Shown: piece by piece, positions 42,602 through 53,469 of the stretch | How positions within the stretch are numbered: the stretch's first letter is position 1 | Layout: each line of letters opens with the position of its first letter | From: a bacterium | GTDB lineage: Bacteria > Electryoneota > JAOADG01 | Reading direction: 5' to 3' | NCBI GenBank assembly: GCA_963681965.1 | Contig: OY820579.1 | Coordinates: 1,856,001 to 1,920,000 of the forward strand | DNA: 64,000 nt | Position numbers and translations under genes: made by a program | Notes under the pieces: generated by a model | Databases searched by the model: none | What the model was told of the DNA's origin: nothing | The model's input: only the letters and a program-made list of their open reading frames with translations

Positions 42602-44233
42602 ATGCGTTTGACTCAATTTGCCAGTATCATCTTCTTTGCATTGATCGCTTTGACTCCTCTAATCGGCTTTGCACAAGTCGTTATAATCGACTCGGTGTAC
42701 ATCGAAAATTTTAATCTCCCCGATACGACCAACTATTTTAACGATCGACATTATGAGTACTATAAAGCGATCATACCGGAAGGATATAATGAGTTAAATC
42801 CACCCGCTTTGGCGATTGGCTGTCACGGCTTAGGTGCTAACTACGATGATTTTTTCGGTGGAACAGCTTGTCGCGATACCGCCACAGCTTGGGGTTGGAT
42901 TACACTGGCAATCAATGGCGAACCACCTCGATCGAGCGGAGGAGGATATACCCATTGGTTTTCGAATCGTGTCCAATTTGTCATGGATCGAGTGATGGAC
43001 GCCTTAATGCAACGATATCCATTCGATCCGGACAGTATCTTCATGCTCGGTAGTAGTATGGGTGCAGCCGCTGGAATGCAGTATCATAACTGCCATTTGG
43101 ATCCCAAAGGATACATGCTGGCGGGAACGGGGAGTGCTAGTGGAATTCTCGACTTCGCCCGTCGCGCGCGCGAACAGATCTTGTATGAACACTACACGAT
43201 GAATGTGTCGATGCACGTCGAATTCGGTCCACTCGATACTATTCCCGAAGCGTGTACGAACTACCGGTATAAAAACAACTCGGCGGTAGTGTTTTGGGAT
43301 ACCACCAACTCACGTCACTACAATCTTGCGTGGTTGCCAATCGTTTTTGCGGCAGGCGAGCAGGAACGTCACGACACTGCTGCGATGGATCTGATCGCGA
43401 TGTATGGCAATTTCATGCGGGCGGAAACCTTGTTGAAAGCGCCAGGTACTACGCACGGTTGGCCGAATATGAACCCCGACACCACGATGCATTGGCTGCG
43501 CAATCACGCCGGTGTATTCCGGCATCCTACATTCCAGAATGTGGCTTGCGACAGCGCACGTAGATGCTACGATATCGAGTTCAAGATGCTGCGCAACGAT
43601 ACCTGTGTGGCACGAGCATTCATGTATTCCGACAGTATTTTATTTGAAGATGATTGGTATTTGACGAATCCGCGATTGACACTGTTGAGAAACGCATCGG
43701 AAGTAATCCTGCATCGTGAATTACCGCAAAATTACTTTAGTGACACCGTTTCAGTGACGAATTTAGATACTGTGCCGGTCAATGTAAGGATCAGGTATCC
43801 CAATCCTCCGATTGCCGGTTATGATTTTGCCATGCGACCACCGCTTCAATCCATGATCGAATTTCGCGATAATGCTGTGGTAGTATATCTACCGGAAATT
43901 CCACCAAATTATTCGGGAACGGGCGTGTTCCGGTATGTCGGAGTGAAAGAAGGATATTCCTTGATGCCGGCAAATATTCAACTCACAGCATATCCGAACC
44001 CATTCAACAGCGCGACGATGGTTCGACTGGCGGCAAACAATGGCGGGTCTTTGAATGTGAATCTGTACGACATCACCGGTCGGAGAGTGAAATCGATTCC
44101 ACGGAAGTACCTTCACACCTCAGGTATGATCACGTTCTCGCTGCCAGCGGGTAATTTATCCAGCGGTACTTACTACCTTGCCGGAACCTTCGGAAGTAAA
44201 CCGGTGAATTATCGGTTGACGGTATTGAAGTAG
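42602..44233 (+). CDS. Secreted alpha/beta-hydrolase with T9SS-like CTD
   Basis: Signal peptide; HGLG oxyanion motif; GSSMG nucleophile elbow; THGW; AYPNPFN...SGTYYL CTD. RBS GGAGG. Confidence 0.75.
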   Translation: MRLTQFASIIFFALIALTPLIGFAQVVIIDSVYIENFNLPDTTNYFNDRHYEYYKAIIPEGYNELNPPALAIGCHGLGANYDDFFGGTACRDTATAWGWITLAINGEPPRSSGGGYTHWFSNRVQFVMDRVMDALMQRYPFDPDSIFMLGSSMGAAAGMQYHNCHLDPKGYMLAGTGSASGILDFARRAREQILYEHYTMNVSMHVEFGPLDTIPEACTNYRYKNNSAVVFWDTTNSRHYNLAWLPIVFAAGEQERHDTAAMDLIAMYGNFMRAETLLKAPGTTHGWPNMNPDTTMHWLRNHAGVFRHPTFQNVACDSARRCYDIEFKMLRNDTCVARAFMYSDSILFEDDWYLTNPRLTLLRNASEVILHRELPQNYFSDTVSVTNLDTVPVNVRIRYPNPPIAGYDFAMRPPLQSMIEFRDNAVVVYLPEIPPNYSGTGVFRYVGVKEGYSLMPANIQLTAYPNPFNSATMVRLAANNGGSLNVNLYDITGRRVKSIPRKYLHTSGMITFSLPAGNLSSGTYYLAGTFGSKPVNYRLTVLK

Positions 44234-44260
44234 CATTGATGTAACTTGTATCTACAAAAA

Positions 44261-44645
44261 GTAGGGCGACCCACTACGGTCGCCCACCTTTTGTATCCTG
44301 TAGTACTGCCCAACTCCGATTGGGCGAGTCTCTTCTTTTCCGTAGGTCAGAACTTGTTCTGACCACCGCTTGAATCTAGTATCCTGATTTGTCGTTGCGA
44401 GGACGACGCGAAGCGTCGGACGTGGCAATCTATCTTTTGGTAGGGGCGGTTCGCGAACCGCCCGTGTCTGATCTAGATAAACGATCGTAATCGGATTCAC
44501 AATTAAAATAATGCTGTTATATCCCGTGCATATAATAAAAATTTGTGCAACCTTCAGGCGATACGTACAGTTCGCGAACCACCAGCGGGGGCGGCATTGC
44601 CCCTACCATAAAAATAATGCGTGAGGACACGGGGTCCGCCCATAC
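44261..44645. repeat. Second intergenic array of heterogeneous REP-like palindromes
   Basis: GTAGGGCGACCCACTACGGTCGCCC (44261); GTAGTACTGCCCAACTCCGATTGGGC (44300); GTAGGTCAGAACTTGTTCTGACC (44342); GTCGTTGCGAG...CGTGGCAATC (44391-44430); GTAGGGGCGGTTCGCGAACCGCCC (44440); GGGGCGGCATTGCCCCTAC (44588); degenerate copy to 44645. Confidence 0.82.
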
Positions 44646-46516
44646 TTCACAATATGAATTATTTCAACAGTACAATCTTCTGCGTCTTTGCAAACGCACC
44701 CGCCTGCAACTGCACAAAATAGGTTCCACTCGCTAAGCGCGACCCATCGATCTGCAATCGATATGTACCTACAGTTTGGTTCCGTTGCACAAGTGTGATG
44801 ATTTCGCGTCCGGAAAGATCGAACAACTTTAGTTCGACGAAATCGGATTTCGGAAGCGAATACGAAAGGGTGGTAGTGGCATTAAAGGGATTCGGGTAAT
44901 TCCGAGAAAGGGCATAGGTGGAGGGAGGAAAATTACGATCCGGTGCGCTGGCAGTAGAATCATTGATAAGGCGCAATCGGGTAACATAGGTGTCACCGTT
45001 ACCGTTATAGATCGAATCTCCGACACCCGAAGTTGTCGGAAATCCTCTTTCAGCATCGCCTGTTATAATCACACCGTTTTGACCATCGCTAACAATGCAA
45101 CGAGCAATATCGATACCTGAACCACCTACATAAGTACTATATAGTAGCTGCGAATTTTCAAGATTGAGATGCGCGACAAAACAGTCGTAGTTACCGTTAA
45201 AAGTATTGTCAATAGCGCCAGTGGTTGTCGGAAAATTTGTACTTGACGTACCCCCTGCAACAATTACACCACCGTTGTCATCCTGTATTAATCCTAGACC
45301 AGCCTCTGGTTGAGATCCACCTAGGAAAGTGCTGTATAATAGATTCGACCCGGTGTTACTTAAATGAGCTATAAAACAATCACCCGCTACAGTTGAACCG
45401 CCATGAAAAGTGGTATCATAGGCATTCGCGGTTGTGGGAAAATTGGCACTGACGGTATTTCCAGTGATGTAACATCCACCGGAACCATCATTGACAATAC
45501 CATCTCCATCATCATAATTCCCGGAACCACCGAGATATGTGCTGTAGATCAATTGGGAACCACTACTGTTTAGACGAGTGACAAAACAATCGTATTCGCC
45601 ACCATTAAATGTCGTATCGAAAGCAGTAAGCGTAGTCCGAAGACCTGTGATACAAGTTCCAGTCGCAATCATACCACCAGTCCCATCGCTAGTCATCGCA
45701 TAAATTGTTGGACCACGACCAAGAAAAGTACTATATATCAATCCAGATCCTGTACTATTTATATGAGTAATAAAACCGCCACTTTCTGAAGTTTCGAAAG
45801 CCCCAAGTGTAGTTGGGAAATTTGCACTGTTCGTTCCACCACCCACAAATACACCGCCACTATCGTCACTAGCGATACAATTACTTTGATCGAAAGTTGA
45901 ACCTCCGAGATAAGTACTATATACAAGTTGCGAACCGCTATTATTTAATCGCGATACAAAACAGTCTTGATCGCCACCATTGTAAGAAGTATCGAACGCA
46001 TTGACTGTCGTTGGGAAACCAAGAGTTGCAAATCCGGTAATAGTACACCCCCCTGATTATCGCCAACGATACCGTCTGCGCGATCGTCACCCGTTCCCCC
46101 CAGAAACGTACTGTAAATTAATTGCGAATATGAACTATCGATCCGGGTAACAAAACAGTCTCCCCACATCACGTCCATTCCATTGAAAGAGTTGTCGAAC
46201 GCACCTGCAGTGGTTGGAAAGCTAGGACTATTCGTGCAGCCAGTAACAATGACGCCACCAATCCCGTCGCGTACAACACCTCGCCCCATTTCGTAACCTG
46301 AAGCACCTAAATAGGTGCTGTGAATTAGCGGATCGATTCGGAGTGTTTGAGTGGGGTCGTAGCCATTCGGCAAATCGATCGCGAAGAGATTTTCTGACAC
46401 GAGTCTGAATTGTGCCGTGACAGCGTTTCCGCGGGTGCCGTTCGCAGTGGTTTGGTATGCCCCCGGAATTTTCATCCGCAATTCACCGAGGGAAGTCATG
46501 AGTGACAGTTCATTCG

Positions 46517-46598
46517 ACAAAAGGGAGTCGGACACTCCTGTCCGACTCCCTTTTGTGACAGAAATAATTGAGTCGACGGACAAGAGTGTCCGTCCTCC
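46517..46598. repeat. Palindromes inside paralogue 2 (insertion site 3)
   Basis: ACAAAAGGGAGTCGGACA-ctcc-TGTCCGACTCCCTTTTGT (46517-46556) and GACGGACA-agag-TGTCCGTC-CTCC (46575-46598). Confidence 0.8.
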
Positions 46599-46861
46599 GC
46601 CTGCGATCGGTGCCTCCAACCCCTCGCACACCATCTTGATCTGTTTCGGATCGGCACCGGGATGCACCACGAAATCGAATTCGAGATGTCCTTTGCTCTC
46701 ATACCATTCGACATCAATGCCGTCCCAGACATCATGATATACCACGTGCGAAAAATTCCGGCAATCCGGTGCCCACTTCGAAGAATCATTCCCGAAAAAA
46801 TAATTGTTGTGCCACGATAGTTCACCTTGTGCATCAATCCATTTTGCGCAAGAGTAATTTC

Positions 46862-47002
46862 GTAGGTCGGAATTTATTCCGACATCCTCTTGTGTCGGGT
46901 ATTTTTCCGTAGGGGCGAATCGCATTCGCCCTGTGGGCGCGGACGCGCCCATATTGGTTGGTGCATCTTGATCGGATAGGGGCGAATGCGATTCGCCCCT
47001 AC
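46862..47002. repeat. REP plus inverted REP doublet inside paralogue 2 (insertion site 2)
   Basis: GTAGGTCGGAATTTATTCCGAC (46862); GTAGGGGCGAATCGCATTCGCCC (46909-46931) with its reverse complement at 46980-47002; internal TGGGCGC-gga-CGCGCCCA hairpin. Confidence 0.85.
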
Positions 47003-47060
47003 GGGAGTCGACAAATTTAAATTTGAGGGCGTGGGATTTTAATGGAAACGATTCATGATT

Positions 47061-47135
47061 GGGGCGTATGCCATACGCCCCTACGGCGGCAACGTCGTTG
47101 CCGCTTGCGGGCGGGCGTGGGAGCCCGCCCCTACT
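47061..47135 (-). repeat. Two GTAG-REPs plus linker hairpin inside paralogue 2 (insertion site 1)
   Basis: 47062-47135 is the exact reverse complement of 33593-33666. Confidence 0.85.
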
Positions 47136-47470
47136 TGAGTCAACAATTGAGGTGACGAGGGTGACACCATCGCGCTCGAGGAACCATGTGAAGCCCTCGC
47201 GCCGCACCTCGCATTTGTATACGACCGCTGAATCCCACTGCCCTTTGTTCTCGGTAAACAGGAAGGGGTGGGGCAAGCGTGTCGATTGCACCGATACAGC
47301 ATATGATCCCTGCGCGAAGAGTAAAGAAGACACACAGAAAAGGATCAAAAGTAAGAATTGGCAGAATCGGTGGTGCTGGTTCATCGCGGTCTCAGTCTGA
47401 TAGATACGATATTCAATATATCACAAGAATGGGGGGAGGGGTAGAGGAATTATAGGATAGAAAAAAAAGA

Positions 47471-47493
47471 GGCGGGGCTGAAGCCCCACCTCC
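47471..47493 (-). terminator. GGAG-REP-like hairpin positioned as the clpC terminator
   Basis: On the minus strand GGAGGTGGGGCTTCAGCCCCGCC is followed by TCTTTTTTTT; it is related to the REP at 34035. Confidence 0.65.
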
Positions 47494-47526
47494 GAAAAAG
47501 AAAGTCGTATTGATACCAGTTAGTGC

Positions 47527-50034
47527 TTAATTATCGCCATCGGTAGCGACTTCAGGTAACGGTTCGACCACAATTTCTTTCGGTTCGAACCGGAATGTCA
47601 GCGGACCTTTTTCGCCTTTTACCGAAACATGAATCGACGCATTTTCAGTGGTCTTGCGTTTCAGCATCTCTTCCGACAATTCGTCTTCCAACATGCGCTC
47701 GATCGTACGGCGTAGATTTCGCGCACCGTAAATCGGGCTGTATCCCATTTCACACAACCAATGCAATGCCTTCTTGCCGATCGTGAGAGTCAGATTACGA
47801 TCCTTCAAGCGCGCATTTGCGTCCTTAATATGCAACTTCCCGATTTCTTCGATGTCGTCCATGTCGAGCGCTTTAAATACAACCAGCTCGTCGATACGAT
47901 TGACAAATTCCGGTCGGAAATATTTCTTCACGGAATCGAGCATCTTGTCCGACATCTGGCGATAATCGACGACACCGCTCTTTTTGTTGAATCCAAAACC
48001 TTGTGTCAGTTTATTGATTTCGCTGGTTCCAAGATTCGATGTCATGATGATAATGGTATTGCGGAAATCAACGATACGACCGGAACCGTCGGTCAATTCA
48101 CCTGCATCGAGCACCTGCAACATCATGTTGAAAACGTCGGGATGCGCCTTCTCAATTTCGTCGAGCAACACGACTGAGTATGGTTTGCGCCGCACTTTTT
48201 CCGAAAGCTGTCCACCCTCATCGTAGCCGACATAGCCGGGAGGAGCGCCAATCAATCGGCTGACATTGAATTTTTCCATGTACTCCGACATATCGACGCG
48301 AATCAGCGCATTCTTATCCTCAAACAGATATTCTGCGAGCACTCGAGCTAATTCGGTTTTTCCGACACCGGATGGACCTAGAAAAATAAAACTGCCGATC
48401 GGTCGGGTATTCGTCTTGAAACCGGTGCGTGAACGGCGTATAGCGCGAGCCAATGCTTGAATCGCCGGTTTCTGACCGATGATTTTCGCTTCCAGCTCTT
48501 TCTCGATATTGAGCAGTTTATCGGTTTCACTGGTCTGCACTTTCGCGACTGGAATACCGGTCATCATCGCTACCGTACTGGCGATCTCTTCCTCGGATAC
48601 AATAATTGTTACCCGCGAACCGGAGCGTTCCCATTCCAATCGCTGTTCGGCAAGTTTCTCTTCCAACTGTCGTTTGCGATCGCGGACATCGGCTGCCTTT
48701 TCGTATTCCTGAAGCTTGACCAACTCTTCTTTCAAGTTATTGAGTCGGTCGATTTCCTTTTCAGTCTCGATGATCTCATCGGGAACTTTGATATTGGACA
48801 ATCGCAATCGGCTGCCGGTCTCGTCGATGACATCGAGTGCCTTGTCGGGCTGATAGCGATCGGTGATATAGCGATCGGCAAGAATGACTGCCTGCTGAAT
48901 CGCTTCGGGCGTATACTTCACACCGTGAAATTCTTCATATTTTGTGCGAAGTCCCTTTAATATCTCAATCGTATCTTCGGTACTCGGCGGATTGACGATT
49001 AATTTCTGAAATCGTCGTTCCAGTGCACCGTCTTTCTCGATCGTTTGCCGATATTCGTTGAATGTCGTTGCACCGATCGCTTGCAATTCGCCGCGTGCCA
49101 ATGCCGGTTTGAACATATTCGAGGCATCGAGACTGCCGCTAGCCGATCCGGCACCGACGATAGTATGCAATTCGTCGAGGAACAGAATCACGTCGCGATT
49201 CTTTTCCAATTCACCCATGATCGATTTGATGCGCTCTTCGAATTGACCGCGATACTTCGTACCAGCGACCAATGCACCCAGATCGAGTTGAACCACCCGT
49301 TTTCCAAATAGAACCGGACTGACTTGTTGCGCGAGAATCCGAATTGCCAAGCCCTCGGCGATCGCAGTTTTGCCAACGCCAGGCTCACCGATTAAGACAG
49401 GATTGTTCTTTTTTCGGCGCGCCAGAATTTGTGCGACGCGCTGTATTTCCTGATCGCGTCCAATGATCGGATCGAGTTTTCCGTCGCGGGCAAGTTTGGT
49501 TAAATCGCGACCGAAATGATCCAGAACCGGAGTTTTCGTTTTCGTCTTTTCTTTCGCTGTCGCCGGTCGTCGTTCGGGGGCTGAGCTTCCGCTCCGCTCG
49601 CGAATCACATTTTCCAGCTCTTCTTTGACTCGTTCATGATGGACATTAAACCGAGACAACAATTGCGAGGGGATACTGTCTTCATCTTTCAATAATGCCA
49701 GCAACAGATGTTCGGTGCCGATCACATCGGCGTTGTAAGTTTGACCTTCGGCATAAGCAATCTTTAAAACGCGTTCCGCTTTTTTAGTAAAGGGAAGGTC
49801 TCCCGCTTTCAACGTCGGTGTTTCGCTATGTTCAATTGCCTCTTCGATAGCCTCCCAGAGGTCTTCGAGATCAAGATTCATATTCTGGAGAATTTGAACG
49901 GCTCCGCCTTCCCCCAAGCGTATCAGACCCATGAGCAAGTGTTCCGGACCGGTGGCATCCTGCCCCATCCGAACGGCTTCCTCACGGGCAAACTGAATCA
50001 CCTGTTGAACGCGAAAAGAGTATTTTTGCATCAT
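47527..50034 (-). CDS. clpC: ATP-dependent Clp protease ATP-binding subunit ClpC
   Basis: Clp N-domain repeats, two AAA modules ([16 protein letters not shown]), UVR coiled coil (EYEKAA..RD), GF loop. Confidence 0.95.
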   Translation of the reverse strand: MMQKYSFRVQQVIQFAREEAVRMGQDATGPEHLLMGLIRLGEGGAVQILQNMNLDLEDLWEAIEEAIEHSETPTLKAGDLPFTKKAERVLKIAYAEGQTYNADVIGTEHLLLALLKDEDSIPSQLLSRFNVHHERVKEELENVIRERSGSSAPERRPATAKEKTKTKTPVLDHFGRDLTKLARDGKLDPIIGRDQEIQRVAQILARRKKNNPVLIGEPGVGKTAIAEGLAIRILAQQVSPVLFGKRVVQLDLGALVAGTKYRGQFEERIKSIMGELEKNRDVILFLDELHTIVGAGSASGSLDASNMFKPALARGELQAIGATTFNEYRQTIEKDGALERRFQKLIVNPPSTEDTIEILKGLRTKYEEFHGVKYTPEAIQQAVILADRYITDRYQPDKALDVIDETGSRLRLSNIKVPDEIIETEKEIDRLNNLKEELVKLQEYEKAADVRDRKRQLEEKLAEQRLEWERSGSRVTIIVSEEEIASTVAMMTGIPVAKVQTSETDKLLNIEKELEAKIIGQKPAIQALARAIRRSRTGFKTNTRPIGSFIFLGPSGVGKTELARVLAEYLFEDKNALIRVDMSEYMEKFNVSRLIGAPPGYVGYDEGGQLSEKVRRKPYSVVLLDEIEKAHPDVFNMMLQVLDAGELTDGSGRIVDFRNTIIIMTSNLGTSEINKLTQGFGFNKKSGVVDYRQMSDKMLDSVKKYFRPEFVNRIDELVVFKALDMDDIEEIGKLHIKDANARLKDRNLTLTIGKKALHWLCEMGYSPIYGARNLRRTIERMLEDELSEEMLKRKTTENASIHVSVKGEKGPLTFRFEPKEIVVEPLPEVATDGDN

Positions 50035-50045
50035 AATGGAACTCC

Positions 50046-51125
50046 TTACCGGTTGTCGTCCGATTCGTCGAATAAGAGACGGGTGTTGGACAAAGCTTCA
50101 TGAATCAATCGGGCGCGTGCTGAATTGATCTCATCTTCGTTGTGCGCGGTGCCCCGCATTTCTATATACGCAGAACCTACTCGTTCTGTCAGAAGCTCAA
50201 TGGCACTGGATGTGATCCCGCGCACCCAGCCAAAATCCAAGCCGAGGCGCAAAGAACTATGTAGTACGATGAATTCCTCTAATGATATGTTTCGCGCGAA
50301 TTTTAACAAGCCGTAGGCACGTGAAATCATGTCTTCGAGTTGGTTCCGGTTCGATTGAATAATGGCGCGTCGACAGGCGCGTTCTCTGCGAGCGATTTTC
50401 ATCGTCGCATTCTCCAATTTATCGACCAATTCGAGAGGATCTTCAACTGCAGTTTGTCGGTGTGTTAGCACAACTAACGCGCCGGGTGCCGGACGCATCG
50501 ATCCGATTAAGTTCGAGATCTTCAATCCTTCGCCGGCAAGTTCCGCTGCCAACGTTTCAAAATTATCGGTAATGATAATCCCCGGGAGATGCAAGATCCC
50601 AAGGAAGCGGTAGCCACCGACCTCTGTCGGGTCGCTGGTCAAGAAACCGAATTGTGTGTCGTGCGCAAATTCGAAATTTGATAGCACTTCGAATTCTCTT
50701 TCCATTTCCTCTAACAATCGACGGTAGGCAACCCCTTGTCCGGTTCCAATCCAGCGCAAATGATCATTACCGCTGAATTGAATGCTGACGCGGGAATCAC
50801 CACTTACCAACAGCGATCCACCTTCGCGCTGAAACAACTCCGGTTCGGCAAGTTGACGTTCTACAAGATAAGTTGCTTCGGGAGGTGTGATTTCCGTCGG
50901 GACGATTGAAAATGACCCTTCACGCCAATCGGATTGTGTTAGAAAGGCAGAAACCAGCCGTTCATTGATACTGCGACGATTGGCAACAGTTAACTTTGCT
51001 GGGAATTGTTCGTGAGCAAGATTTCGGGTAGCGATTAACCGAGCTTGTAAAACAAGCTCAGGGTAAAAACGGTCTTTAAAGCGGCGGTTACCGTGATATT
51101 CCCATACTCCGGAGGGAAGACTCAT
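50046..51125 (-). CDS. mcsB: McsB-like protein-arginine kinase homologue with degenerate catalytic motifs
   Basis: Phosphagen-kinase-like motifs (TRNL, LVER, DHLR, GFLTS.PT, LHLPG, RAYGLL, RARLI); lies between mcsA and clpC. Confidence 0.75.
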   Translation of the reverse strand: MSLPSGVWEYHGNRRFKDRFYPELVLQARLIATRNLAHEQFPAKLTVANRRSINERLVSAFLTQSDWREGSFSIVPTEITPPEATYLVERQLAEPELFQREGGSLLVSGDSRVSIQFSGNDHLRWIGTGQGVAYRRLLEEMEREFEVLSNFEFAHDTQFGFLTSDPTEVGGYRFLGILHLPGIIITDNFETLAAELAGEGLKISNLIGSMRPAPGALVVLTHRQTAVEDPLELVDKLENATMKIARRERACRRAIIQSNRNQLEDMISRAYGLLKFARNISLEEFIVLHSSLRLGLDFGWVRGITSSAIELLTERVGSAYIEMRGTAHNEDEINSARARLIHEALSNTRLLFDESDDNR

Positions 51126-51424
51126 ACGTTGCTGGGTGAACGTTTCAAAGCGTTGATTTGATCGCGAAGTTTCGCGGCGATTTCATATTCTTCGCGTGAA
51201 ATTGCCTCCGAAAGCAAAGTCTCAAGATGATCGCGAATGCTTTCGCCATCGGTTACCGTCAGCGGTGAATGTGTCGGTCGGAGCGAAAAACCTTGCTCGC
51301 GACGTAGAATTTCCGCGATTTCGGACCGAAACACCACATAGCATTCCTTGCATCCAACCCGATGTCGAGATAGGAGTTCAGCTATGCTGGTGCCGCAATT
51401 TACACATATTCGATCACTGTTCAT
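51122..51424 (-). CDS. mcsA: Short McsA-like protein (two CxxC motifs plus UvrB/UvrC motif)
   Basis: CVNCG, GCKECY.VF, AISREEYEIAAKLRDQI. Confidence 0.75.
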   Translation of the reverse strand: MNSDRICVNCGTSIAELLSRHRVGCKECYVVFRSEIAEILRREQGFSLRPTHSPLTVTDGESIRDHLETLLSEAISREEYEIAAKLRDQINALKRSPSNV

Positions 51425-51463
51425 TTTTAGAATGCCTGATAGATATACAAAATATAATACGAT

Positions 51464-52168
51464 TCACTCAACTTTAAAATCGTGATTTTGTCTCACATCG
51501 TCAAGTATCCGACCCTGTCCCAACCGAATCTGGCGAGTGCATTGGCTCGCATATCCAATGTGATGGGTAGCAATTAACAGCGTAGCGCCGAATTCTTGAA
51601 CAAAATCGAACAATAAACTGACTAACTGGTCGGCATTTTGACCGTCAAGATTTCCAGTCGGTTCATCAGCGAGCAACAATGAAGGGCGGTTCATCATGGC
51701 TCGAACCGTCGCTACCCGTTGTGCTTCACCACCGGAAAGAACTGTGACGGCACTATTTCGCCGATCGAATAGACCAACCTTCTTGAGTAGTTCCCGCCCC
51801 CAATTAGTCGCTTCGGTCAAATTTCCATTTCGCCACCGAACCGGCATCAAAAGGTTCTCTTCGACCGTGAATTCTGGCAATAAGTGGTGAAATTGAAAAA
51901 TAAAACCAATCGCTGTACTTCGGAACAAACATCGTTGTTTTGAAGATAACAATCCCGTTACGGTTCCGTCGATGACGATGCGTCCGGAAGTTGGATTATC
52001 GAGTGTACCAATAAGATTAAGCAGAGTCGATTTTCCAACACCACTTGGACCTGTGACTGCGACGCTTTCGCCCGATTCAACCTTGAGGTCGATGTCAACC
52101 AGCACCGGGTGTAGCTGAGAACCTTCGCGAAATGACCGGGAAACGCGCTCCAAAACTAATTTCGTCAT
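51464..52168 (-). CDS. lolD: Lipoprotein-releasing ABC transporter ATPase
   Basis: GPSGVGKST, GFIFQFHHLLPEF (LolD motif), LSGGE, ADEPTGNLD. Start overlaps the lolE stop. Confidence 0.9.
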   Translation of the reverse strand: MTKLVLERVSRSFREGSQLHPVLVDIDLKVESGESVAVTGPSGVGKSTLLNLIGTLDNPTSGRIVIDGTVTGLLSSKQRCLFRSTAIGFIFQFHHLLPEFTVEENLLMPVRWRNGNLTEATNWGRELLKKVGLFDRRNSAVTVLSGGEAQRVATVRAMMNRPSLLLADEPTGNLDGQNADQLVSLLFDFVQEFGATLLIATHHIGYASQCTRQIRLGQGRILDDVRQNHDFKVE

Positions 52169-53400
52169 CAGCCGACTCCCCGGATAGCAGCTACTGGATC
52201 GAGTTTCGCTGCTCTTCGCGCCGGATACCACGCAGCTAGCAGCGACAAACCGATTGCAACCAGTGCAATCATCAGAAAATCGGTCAGATACATCTTTATC
52301 GGCATTCGGTCGAGAAAGTAAACATCACCAGGAAGTTTAAAGAAACCAAGCGTTTGCTGAAGCCAGCAGAAGGTAAACCCGAGTAGTGACCCACAAACCG
52401 ACCCGATTCCCCCGATGAGCCCCCCTTCGAGTAAGAATATTCGGGCGATACCCACTTCATCGGCGCCCATCGCTTTCAGAATCCCGATATCGCGTCCTTT
52501 CTCTAGGACCAGCATAACTAAACTACTGATAATATTGACTACAGCAACTAGAATGATTAACGACAGAATAGTGAACGTTGCCCATTTCTCGATCTGGATC
52601 CAAGCAAATAGAGTCCGATTTTGTTCGAACCAAGTCATTGTATAGAGTGGAAATACGATTACCGATTTAATCTGATTGGCAACGGCATCGGCAAGATCGT
52701 ACCGGTCCAATCGAACTTCCATACCGGAAACCGTACCCTCCGGAAGTCCGGCTAGTTGCGCAGCACTGGTAATGTCAATGAACCCGATCGAATTGTCATA
52801 TTCGTAAAATCCTGTACTAAAGATCCCGCGAATAACATATTGTTTAACCTTCGGCATCCATGTTACCGCACCACCCGAAGTCAACAACATCACCGAGTCC
52901 CCGGTAACTGCTCCCAATCGTTCAGCCAGATAATTGCCAAGTAAAATCCCGACACCACCACTACTGTCGCGACCCACCGAAAGAACTCCATCAACCATTT
53001 GACGCTTTAGATCGCTGACAGTTTCAATGGTTTTCTCGTCGATACCTCGGAGCATGACCCCTTCGGTATTTTTCTGGTATCGCAACAATCCACGGACAGA
53101 AACAAATGGTGCCGCACCAATGATGTGTTTGGTTTTTAGTAGAAGATGACGCAAGCTGTCGGAATTGTTAATACCGTTACCGTGAAAACTTTGGATCCGG
53201 AGATGAGCATCGGCACCGATGATCCTTTGCCGGACTTCTTGTTCGAATCCATTCATAACTGAGAGCGTAATCGTAAGTGCCGCTACTCCGACTGTAACCC
53301 CAAGCGCTGCCATAATCGTCATGATCGAGATGAAGCGAGTCTGCTTTCTGCTACGGATGTAGCGGAAAGCGATATAGAGCGATGGGTTGCGTTGAGCCAT
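52168..53400 (-). CDS. lolE: Lipoprotein-releasing ABC transporter permease (LolC/E/F)
   Basis: IAFRY, GVAAL..TLSVMNGF, IGILKAMGA, YPARRAAKLDP. Confidence 0.9.
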   Translation of the reverse strand: MAQRNPSLYIAFRYIRSRKQTRFISIMTIMAALGVTVGVAALTITLSVMNGFEQEVRQRIIGADAHLRIQSFHGNGINNSDSLRHLLLKTKHIIGAAPFVSVRGLLRYQKNTEGVMLRGIDEKTIETVSDLKRQMVDGVLSVGRDSSGGVGILLGNYLAERLGAVTGDSVMLLTSGGAVTWMPKVKQYVIRGIFSTGFYEYDNSIGFIDITSAAQLAGLPEGTVSGMEVRLDRYDLADAVANQIKSVIVFPLYTMTWFEQNRTLFAWIQIEKWATFTILSLIILVAVVNIISSLVMLVLEKGRDIGILKAMGADEVGIARIFLLEGGLIGGIGSVCGSLLGFTFCWLQQTLGFFKLPGDVYFLDRMPIKMYLTDFLMIALVAIGLSLLAAWYPARRAAKLDPVAAIRGVG

Positions 53401-53469
53401 AAAGTATCGATGGAAGGCGTTCAGTTAGATTGTTTCACTATTAATATTCTAATCCGTTCGGTGCGAATG

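Larger units (their letters stand above)
44659..47384 (-). pseudogene. SBBP/beta-propeller CTD protein paralogue 2, frameshifted at a G6 tract (pseudogene, phase-variable gene or sequencing error)
   Basis: ORF 45945-47384 holds the N-domain and first repeats; ORF 44659-45846 holds the remaining repeats and CTD. One extra G at C6 46048-46053 joins them: DNQGGCTITGFATLGFPTT...DCFVSRLNNSGSQLVYSTYLGG. Confidence 0.8.

Noticed and set aside
44261-44463. Possible CRISPR array from regularly spaced palindromes
   Set aside because: The units differ from each other, there is no constant direct repeat with unique spacers, and no cas genes are present. They fit REP-like elements.
44252-44500. 82-aa ORF here and the similar 61-aa ORF at 32830-33015 sharing LRVVLA
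   Set aside because: The similarity comes from translating the shared palindromic repeat. There is no evidence of coding function.
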